Assembly (NCBI GenBank): GCA_038330045.1
Contig: JBBQNO010000002.1
Location: forward strand, 21,635-85,634
Length of the DNA: 64,000 nt
Source of the DNA: Actinomycetales bacterium
GTDB lineage: Bacteria > Actinomycetota > Actinomycetes > Actinomycetales > Dermatophilaceae
Direction of reading: 5' to 3'
The notes beneath the pieces are model-generated. The model was not told where the DNA came from, made no database searches, and worked only from the letters and a program-made list of their open reading frames with translations. The position numbers and the translations under genes are program-made. Positions 57,657 to 64,000 of the stretch are shown here, piece by piece. Every line of letters starts with the position of its first letter. Position 1 is the first letter of the stretch.

Positions 57657-58472
57657 ATGAAGACATCCCGCCCCCTTTGGTGCTGCCTGGCGGCGCTGAC
57701 TTTGACGTTATCGGCGTGTGACGCGGCCAGTGATGACGCTGGACCAACGACCATCGACGCAGATGTACTAGGAACGTCTGGGCCTGTAGATAGCGACGGT
57801 TCCACCGCTACCGGCTCGGGAAGCGACATGGATGCTTCGACGGCCACCGGCAGGCAAGATGACCTCGACCTCTCCACCGCGACGGGGCCCGGGGATTCAG
57901 ATCTGGCCACGAGCACTGGTCCCCGTGCGGGAGACCGGGCCTCCACAACCGCCTCAGGTGACGGCGCGGCTGCCACGGGATCGGCTTCTGCGGCTGCTGC
58001 TCCCACCGAGGCTCCCGACGACGCGGGCTTGGACGACCCCTCGCTCGACCCGGTCGAGGCTAAGGCTGACTCGCAGGACGGTCTGCTTGCCACCACCGTG
58101 AGCGTCGGTGTGTATCCCGACTACGACCGCGTCACCTTTAACCTCGAAGGCGTGGGCGCACCCGGATACAGCGTCCGCTACGCCGAGGAGGCCGTCGAGG
58201 ACGGCAGCGGCGCCCGTTTAGAAGTCGACGGTGACGCGGTGCTGCAGGTGACCATCACGGGCACGCGCTATCCCGACGAAGGCGAAACCTACGAAGGCGG
58301 TCCTGGCACGTTCTCGCCAGATGGCACCGAAGAGGTGGAGCAAGTGCGACTGTTGAGTACTTTCGAGGGTCAGACGCAGGCTTTCATCGGCATCGACGAC
58401 GCTGACACGCCCTTCCGGGTCTTCACCTTGAGTGAGCCCGCCCGGCTCGTGGTCGACGTGGTCCACAAGTAG
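57657..58472 (+). CDS. Lipoprotein with Ser/Thr-rich repeat linker and actinobacterial AMIN-like C-terminal domain
   Basis: Lipobox LSAC, STATG repeats, and DYDRVTFNL..PGYSVRY..FEGQTQAFIG..FRVFTLSEPARLVVDV. Confidence 0.8.
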   Translation: MKTSRPLWCCLAALTLTLSACDAASDDAGPTTIDADVLGTSGPVDSDGSTATGSGSDMDASTATGRQDDLDLSTATGPGDSDLATSTGPRAGDRASTTASGDGAAATGSASAAAAPTEAPDDAGLDDPSLDPVEAKADSQDGLLATTVSVGVYPDYDRVTFNLEGVGAPGYSVRYAEEAVEDGSGARLEVDGDAVLQVTITGTRYPDEGETYEGGPGTFSPDGTEEVEQVRLLSTFEGQTQAFIGIDDADTPFRVFTLSEPARLVVDVVHK

Positions 58473-58489
58473 CAACTCTCGCCCATACA

Positions 58490-58530
58490 CAAGGTCGCCC
58501 ACTCGGAACGTCTTCGAGTGGGCGACCTTG
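58490..58530. terminator. Bidirectional terminator ending the acuI operon and the lipoprotein gene
   Basis: caaggtcgcccactcg / cgagtgggcgaccttg perfect 16-bp stem. Confidence 0.85.
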
Positions 58531-58542
58531 TGCGTTGATCGG

Positions 58543-59535
58543 TTAAGCGTTGGGATTGACCACGATACGGCCCCTCGTCTTGCCAGCTATGATCTCGGCA
58601 CCGTGGCCTAGCACCTCGCTCATTGGGACGACCGTGGTCAGGTCTTCCAGCAACGCCGTGGGCAGATCGGTGGCCAACCTGGCCCAGGCACGCTCGCGCA
58701 GATCGGTGGGAGCTTGCACCGAATCGATGCCCTGCAAGCGCACACCGCGCAAAATGAACGGCATGACGGTGGCGGGCAGGTCCACGCCGCCCGCGAGTCC
58801 ACAGGCGGTCACGACGCCGCTGTACTTCGTTTGGGCGATGACCTTGGCGAGCATCGTGGAGCCGACCGTGTCGACCGCACCGGCCCACGTCTCGGCTTCC
58901 AACGGCTTCGGTGGGCTGGTCATCTCGTCTCGGGCTAGGAAGGCCGAGGCCCCAAGGCTGGCCAGGTAGGCGTGCTGTTCGGGGCGACCGGTGACGGCGG
59001 TGACGGCATACCCCAGATTTGCGAGGATCGCGGTGGCGACGCTGCCGACCCCGCCTGCTGCGCCGGTGACCGCGATGGGGCCCCGCTCGGGGGTGACACC
59101 GCCGTCTTCGAGCCCCATCACGCACAGCATCGCGGTTAAGCCGGCGGTGCCGATCCCCATGGCCTGCACGGCGCTCATCGCGTCGGGCCGCTTCACGAGC
59201 CAGTCGGCGCGGACCCGCTGGCGCTGGGTGTAGCCGCCCCAATAGCGCTCACCGACCGACCAGCCGGTCAAGATCACTGCGTCACCGGGAGCAAAACGAT
59301 CAGTCTCGCTGGACACGACGGTGCCGGTGAGGTCAATGCCGGGGACCATCGGGAAGGAGCGGATGATGCGAGTTTCCCCGGTCAGGGCCATACCGTCCTT
59401 GTAGTTCAACGACGAGTAGTCCACGTCGACGACCACGTCGCCCTCGGGTAGTTCTGAGTCGGTGAGTTGCTCGATGGCGGTACTCTGCCCGTCGTCGGTC
59501 GAACGGATGACGAGGGCGTTGAAGGTGTCGCTCAT
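58543..59535 (-). CDS. acuI: Acryloyl-CoA reductase AcuI (YhdH/YhfP family MDR oxidoreductase)
   Basis: YSSLNYKDG, PMVPGIDLTGTV, TGWSVGERYWGGY, GTAGLTAML, VTGAAGGVGS, PFILRGV.LQGIDSV. Confidence 0.9.
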   Translation of the reverse strand: MSDTFNALVIRSTDDGQSTAIEQLTDSELPEGDVVVDVDYSSLNYKDGMALTGETRIIRSFPMVPGIDLTGTVVSSETDRFAPGDAVILTGWSVGERYWGGYTQRQRVRADWLVKRPDAMSAVQAMGIGTAGLTAMLCVMGLEDGGVTPERGPIAVTGAAGGVGSVATAILANLGYAVTAVTGRPEQHAYLASLGASAFLARDEMTSPPKPLEAETWAGAVDTVGSTMLAKVIAQTKYSGVVTACGLAGGVDLPATVMPFILRGVRLQGIDSVQAPTDLRERAWARLATDLPTALLEDLTTVVPMSEVLGHGAEIIAGKTRGRIVVNPNA

Positions 59536-61664
59536 GATGTGCTCCTGAGGGCGTGGGGGATGACGAGGGCGTCGAGGGCCATGCAGCCGTCGGCCGTGAC
59601 CGACAACGGGTTGACGTCGAGCTCGGCGATCAGATCACCGAGGTCTGCGGCTAGGTCTGAGAGCGCAACCAAAGCGGCCACGACGGAGGCAATATCGACC
59701 CCTTGGCGGCCCCTGACACCGTCGAGGATGGGCTTGATAGCGAGTTTGCTGATCATGGTTGAGGCGATCGGGGCATCGATGGGCACCAAGCCCAACTGTC
59801 GATCCCCGAGAACTTCGATGAAGATGCCGCCGCCGGCGACCAGCACCATGGACCCGAACTGGGGATCAGAGACGACACCGAGAGCCATCTCGACCGCCGG
59901 CAGCATCATGGACGCGACCAGCACCTCCGGGCCTAAGCGGGCGGCCAGATCGGAATAGGCCTCGCTGACCTCCTCGGCATTGGCGAGGTTCAGGATCACT
60001 CCACCGGACTCTGACTTATGCAAAATGCCGGGGGCGGCGGTTTTGAGGACAACAGGAAAGCCCAGGTCTTCTGCGGAGGCTAGGGCTTCGGGCTCGCTGA
60101 CCACCACCGCGTGCGGCATGACGGGCACGCCATAGTCGCTTAGCAGGGTTAAACCCTCGCTCTCGGTGAGCGCCTCTGGCTTGCTTAGGCGTGCACGCCA
60201 CCGTGCGGTCACCTCTGGCGGGGGCGCGATGGGCGCTGCGATCGTGTTGCGCCGGGTGAAGTCGCGGTAGGCGAGCGCGTGCTTGACCGCCAGCAGTCCC
60301 GCCACGGTGCCATCGAGCACAGGCACACCCATGTTGGTCATCCGCTTGGCCAGATCTTGAGATTCAGTGCCGATGTGGTTGGTCAGCATGGCCACGGGTT
60401 TGCCGGTGCGCCGGTGCACGCGACGGCAAATCCGAGCGAAGGACTCGTGAAGGTAGAAACCGGAACTGAGATCGGCAACGAAGACACCCATGGCGGTGTC
60501 CGGGTCGTCCATCAGCGCCTGCCAGCAACGTTCAAAGATGGTTTGGTAGTCGCGGCCGGTGCCCCACGCATCGAGTGGGTTGATGGGCTCGAGGCCGTGG
60601 TCGAGGTGGTCGGCCAACACTTGCGTGGTCTCGTCGTTGACCTGGGCAAACGGCACACCTACGTCGTCCGCGATGTCGAGCATCAGTTCTCGCTCGCCGC
60701 CGGAGTCGAAGATTGCGGCGAGTCCACCGCGGGCGGGGCGTCGCGGGTTGGACAGCAACTGCGTGGTCGAGGCTAGCTCGTCGAGGGACTTCACGGACAA
60801 CACGCCATACCGCTCAAACAGCGTTTGGTATGCCGCGTCGTCGCCGGCAATGGCGCCCGAGTGACTGAGCGCGAGGTGGGCTGCTTCGGGGGTGCGGCCG
60901 GCCTTGAGCGCAATCACGGGGATGTCACGCTCCGCGGCTTTGCGCAGCGCCGCGACGAAGCCGGCCGGGTTGCGAACGGTCTCGATGAACAGCGCGATGG
61001 CGGTCGTGCTCTTCTGATCTAAGGCGTAATCCATGTAGTCGGACGTGGTGGTCACGAGCTCTTGGCCAGGGGAAATCGCCAAGTTGAAGCGCAACTTCTG
61101 GTCGTTCCACAGCAGTGCCGTCAGCACCGAACCAGACTGCGCGATGAAGGTGACGCCGCCTTCGGTCAGCTCGTAGGGGCGGTGGAAGGGCAGGGTGCGA
61201 AACCATCGCTCGACGTTGTAGAAGCCCATGCAGTTGCCGCCGACGATCGGCAGATTGGCGGCACGAGCCAGGTCACGGACCCGCTCGCGCAAGGGGTATG
61301 CCGGGTCGTCGCCGGTCACCGACAGGCTGCCGGGGATGACGAGGCCGCCGACCCCCAACTCGATGGCGGTCCTGACCTGCTCTTCGATCCCGCCGTTGGC
61401 GACTCCTAAAACGGCAAGGTCAGGCACGCTCGGGAGGTCACGCAGGGTGGGGTAGCACGGCAACCCCTCGACCTCGGCATATTTCGGGTTGACGGGGTAG
61501 ATCGCGCCCGGAAATCGCGCCACCTGCAACTCTAAGATGACGTCGTTGCCCGGCACGTTGGGCATCGTCGAGGCCCCTAACAAGGCTACGGATCGGGGCG
61601 CAAGCATGCGCTCAAGCCGGTGAGCGCTGCGCGGTGCTGCAGCTGGCTGTGCTTCACCGTCCAT
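59532..61664 (-). CDS. ADP-forming acyl-CoA synthetase (ACD superfamily); candidate DddX-like DMSP lyase
   Basis: CoA-binding (PRSVALLGAS, YPVNP, GGNCMG), SQSG-like AQSG, phospho-His motif SHSGAIAG (H268), NPLD, ATP-grasp (FPVVLK, HKSESGGV, DPQFG, ELDVNPL). Family is certain; substrate is inferred. Confidence 0.9.
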   Translation of the reverse strand: MDGEAQPAAAPRSAHRLERMLAPRSVALLGASTMPNVPGNDVILELQVARFPGAIYPVNPKYAEVEGLPCYPTLRDLPSVPDLAVLGVANGGIEEQVRTAIELGVGGLVIPGSLSVTGDDPAYPLRERVRDLARAANLPIVGGNCMGFYNVERWFRTLPFHRPYELTEGGVTFIAQSGSVLTALLWNDQKLRFNLAISPGQELVTTTSDYMDYALDQKSTTAIALFIETVRNPAGFVAALRKAAERDIPVIALKAGRTPEAAHLALSHSGAIAGDDAAYQTLFERYGVLSVKSLDELASTTQLLSNPRRPARGGLAAIFDSGGERELMLDIADDVGVPFAQVNDETTQVLADHLDHGLEPINPLDAWGTGRDYQTIFERCWQALMDDPDTAMGVFVADLSSGFYLHESFARICRRVHRRTGKPVAMLTNHIGTESQDLAKRMTNMGVPVLDGTVAGLLAVKHALAYRDFTRRNTIAAPIAPPPEVTARWRARLSKPEALTESEGLTLLSDYGVPVMPHAVVVSEPEALASAEDLGFPVVLKTAAPGILHKSESGGVILNLANAEEVSEAYSDLAARLGPEVLVASMMLPAVEMALGVVSDPQFGSMVLVAGGGIFIEVLGDRQLGLVPIDAPIASTMISKLAIKPILDGVRGRQGVDIASVVAALVALSDLAADLGDLIAELDVNPLSVTADGCMALDALVIPHALRSTS

Positions 61665-62418
61665 ACGTCTCCTTCACGAGTGATGTGGTGCGCGCGGCCA
61701 GCGCCTTCTGAGCCTGGTCGCAGATGACGCTGAGGTGATCCACCTGCGCTTGTACGGTGCTCCTCGCTGCACCGGCGTCCTGATCGAAAATCGCCTTCAG
61801 GAGCTGACGCTGGAGGGCGAGCACATCAACTCGGCGGCGGAGCCGGTTGATGATGAGGTTGGTGCTTGGGTGCAGGGCTTCGAGGGCGAAGACCATGACG
61901 TAGTCCAAGACGGGGTTGTGCGCGGCTCGCACGATGGCGCGGTGGAAGGCCACGTCGGCCTCGCAGAACTGCTCGTCGCTCAACTCTTCCCTCTCCTGGG
62001 TCGCGATGATCTCGCCCAAGTCAACGAGGTCGTCATGGGTGCGACGGGCCGCGGCCAGGGTTGCGCACTCGGCCTCCAACAATCGACGGCTTTCGGCGAC
62101 ATCGGTAAGGGTGAAGATCTGATGGCTGACCAGCAGGGTGGCCGTCGTGCGAAGGTCGGTCCGGACTTGCTCGTCGGTAGGCACGCTCACGAAGTTGCCT
62201 CCGCTGACGCCGCGCTTGGAACGGATGAGGTTTTTAGCGGCAAGGCGTTTCAGGGCTTCGCGGATGGTGGGTCGCGAGACGCCGAACGAGTCGGCCAAGT
62301 CGGACTCGGTCGGTAGGCGCTGATCGAGGGTGAGTTCGCCGCTCAAAATTTGCGCGCGAATGGCCTCGGCGATCTGATCAGGGAGGCTGCTCGCATCGCT
62401 GGCGAACTGGGCTGACAC
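61654..62418 (-). CDS. FadR/GntR family regulator, DmdR-like
   Basis: RLPTESDLADSFGVSRPTIREALKRLAA HTH and an FCD domain (DVAFHRAIVRAAHNP). It heads an overlapping operon with the ACD ligase and acuI. Confidence 0.9.
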   Translation of the reverse strand: MSAQFASDASSLPDQIAEAIRAQILSGELTLDQRLPTESDLADSFGVSRPTIREALKRLAAKNLIRSKRGVSGGNFVSVPTDEQVRTDLRTTATLLVSHQIFTLTDVAESRRLLEAECATLAAARRTHDDLVDLGEIIATQEREELSDEQFCEADVAFHRAIVRAAHNPVLDYVMVFALEALHPSTNLIINRLRRRVDVLALQRQLLKAIFDQDAGAARSTVQAQVDHLSVICDQAQKALAARTTSLVKETYGR

Positions 62419-62453
62419 AAGCGTGAGCCTGCCACTGGTACAGCGTTTCCGTC

Positions 62454-62470
62454 AATAGGTCAGATCTATT
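62454..62470. promoter_or_regulatory. FadR-type operator upstream of the GntR gene
   Basis: AATAG-GTC-A-GAT-CTATT near-palindrome resembling GGTCNGACC. It abuts a minus-strand TTGACG -35. Confidence 0.65.
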
Positions 62471-62533
62471 CACCTTGAGGCTTCGAGGGTTGACGGAGAA
62501 ATGAAGCAAAGATGATGCAGGCGTGATGCAGCA

Positions 62534-62764
62534 ATGCGCACCACGGTTGTTCTGCCCCCATCGGTGCACAGACGTGCGCTGGACATGGCTCAGCGCCAAC
62601 ACCGTTCACCATCTGCAGTCGTTGCTGATTTGACGCTCAAAGGCCTCGCGCAGGTGGACGACCCTGTCATTTTCTCGGTCGATCAACACTCAGGTTTGCC
62701 CGTCTTGTCGCTTGGCCGGACGCTTGGCTCTCACGAGGTGGCAGACCTGCTGGACGAGGAGTGA
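62534..62764 (+). CDS. vapB: VapB antitoxin (RHH/CopG-like)
   Basis: MRTTVVLP..SPSAVVADL..GLPVLSLGRTL.S.EVADLLDEE; overlaps the PIN gene by 4 nt. Confidence 0.85.
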   Translation: MRTTVVLPPSVHRRALDMAQRQHRSPSAVVADLTLKGLAQVDDPVIFSVDQHSGLPVLSLGRTLGSHEVADLLDEE

Positions 62765-63165
62765 CGCGATATCTGCTGGATGCGAACGTGCTGATCGCTC
62801 TGGTCGTTGCTGAGCACGAGCATCATCAGGCGGCGAGCATATGGTTCGCCGACGTTGACGAGTTTTTAGTGTGTCCCATCGTCGAAGGGGCGCTTGTACG
62901 CACGTTACTGCGCCTTGGTGAGTCTGGTCACACGGCGCAACGATTGCTTTGTGATGTGCGCGCAGACGCGAGGTGCACCTTCGTGCCGGACTCGATTTCA
63001 TATGGCGAATTTGATCTTGCTGGGCTTCGGGACCATCGCCAGGCCACCGATGCCTACCTTGTCGGCTTGGCGGCGGGCAACGACTCGCTTCTGGTCACTT
63101 TTGACCGTGCTTTGGCAGATCGGAATCAGTCGTCGTCGCTTTTGCTTTGGGTGAAGTCGGCTTAG
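62761..63165 (+). CDS. vapC: VapC PIN-domain ribonuclease toxin
   Basis: YLLDANVLIAL, VEGA, TDAYLVGLA and LVTFD acidic PIN residues. Confidence 0.9.
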   Translation: MTRYLLDANVLIALVVAEHEHHQAASIWFADVDEFLVCPIVEGALVRTLLRLGESGHTAQRLLCDVRADARCTFVPDSISYGEFDLAGLRDHRQATDAYLVGLAAGNDSLLVTFDRALADRNQSSSLLLWVKSA

Positions 63166-63215
63166 CCTGAAGGGTCGCTGGAAACAATGACGAGAGGCTT
63201 TGCTAGTTTTCGCTA

Positions 63216-64000
63216 ATGCAGGCAGGTGACGTAAACGTGGAGCACGCAGACGTTCTGGTTGTCGGGGGAGGCAACGCTGGCATTGCGCTCGCGGCTCGGC
63301 TGCGCAACGCCGGAGTCGAGGACATCGCGATCATCGAGCCCAAGGTCACGCACCACTTCCGGCCGCTGCTGTCCTACGTAGGTGCGGGGCTCTCAAGCAC
63401 TAAAGAACTGAGTCGCCGTCAGGAGTCGGTGATGCCCGCTGGTGTCCGATGGATTCAAGATGCGACGGCCACCGTCGACACAGAACGCCGTTTCGTAACG
63501 TTGGCGAGCGGTACAGGCGTGACCTACCGCGACGTGGTGCTGACCCCAGGGTCGGAGCCTGACTGGGATGCAGTGCCGGGGTCCGCCCAGGCGATGCTCA
63601 GTCCATCCGCATCGACCAACTACGTGGTCGACCTCGCACCTAAGACGTGGGAGTTGATCAAGGCTCTGCGCAAGGGCCGGGCAGTCTTCAGCCTTCCCGA
63701 TGGCCCTGCGCCCTGCCCCGGTGCTGGGCAGAAGATCCTCTATATGGCGTGTGATTACTGGCGCTCGCAGGGAGTGCTCGACGACATCGATGTCACCCTG
63801 GTCACCCCGGATGCCGACATTTCCGAGAACAGCCACATCGCCTCCCGGCTGCATGTGTGGGCCCGGCGATACGGCATACGGGTGCTTGCCTCCAGTCGCG
63901 TCGAACAGGTCGACGCCACTGCGCAGACCCTGAAGGTCACCGGCCCCGATGGGACCACCACGGTGCAGTACGACTTCTGGCATCTGACCCCCACACACAA
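63216..64000 (+). CDS. sqr: Sulfide:quinone oxidoreductase-family FAD oxidoreductase, 3'-truncated by window edge (not in ORF track)
   Basis: Manual translation: MQAGDVNVEHADVLVVGGGNAGIALAARL..IIEP..HHFRPLLSYVGAG..WIQD..STNY..KTWELI..PAPCPGAGQKILYMACDYWR. The frame stays open to the end of the window. Confidence 0.82.
   Translation, partial: MQAGDVNVEHADVLVVGGGNAGIALAARLRNAGVEDIAIIEPKVTHHFRPLLSYVGAGLSSTKELSRRQESVMPAGVRWIQDATATVDTERRFVTLASGTGVTYRDVVLTPGSEPDWDAVPGSAQAMLSPSASTNYVVDLAPKTWELIKALRKGRAVFSLPDGPAPCPGAGQKILYMACDYWRSQGVLDDIDVTLVTPDADISENSHIASRLHVWARRYGIRVLASSRVEQVDATAQTLKVTGPDGTTTVQYDFWHLTPTH

Noticed and set aside
1-64000. tRNA/rRNA genes, IS elements, integrases, prophage
   Set aside because: No cloverleaf, rRNA-like sequence, transposase or recombinase motif was seen on reading.

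Overview
High-GC actinobacterial chromosome segment. Gene order and protein style suggest Micrococcales, but that is an inference. Most of the window is core genome: ada/alkA-ogt, lysS, lsr2, an NHEJ block (Ku plus separate LigD ligase and polymerase genes), clpC, radA-disA-mutY, proline genes, acuC, bS22, a rex-hemACDB-hemL-cytochrome c biogenesis operon, menA/E/B/C, amt, csp, MarR-MFS, ggt, pdxH, ideR, a CNNM pair, a crcB pair, an SbcD/SbcC-like pair, and an NlpC/P60 hydrolase behind a c-di-AMP riboswitch. Regulatory sites readable from the sequence include a Rex operator, a ClgR box, two PafBC-type promoters, GlnR-like boxes and several terminators. No tRNA, rRNA, CRISPR array, integrase or IS was seen. 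The most interesting part is the last ~6 kb. It holds an overlapping three-gene operon on the minus strand: a FadR/GntR regulator (DmdR-like), a 710-aa ADP-forming acyl-CoA synthetase (ACD superfamily), and AcuI acryloyl-CoA reductase. The ACD protein has His/Trp/Glu spacing matching what I recall for the ATP-dependent DMSP lyase DddX. This is a candidate actinobacterial DMSP/acrylate catabolic system, flanked by vapBC and a sulfide:quinone oxidoreductase. All calls are by eye; no database search was run.
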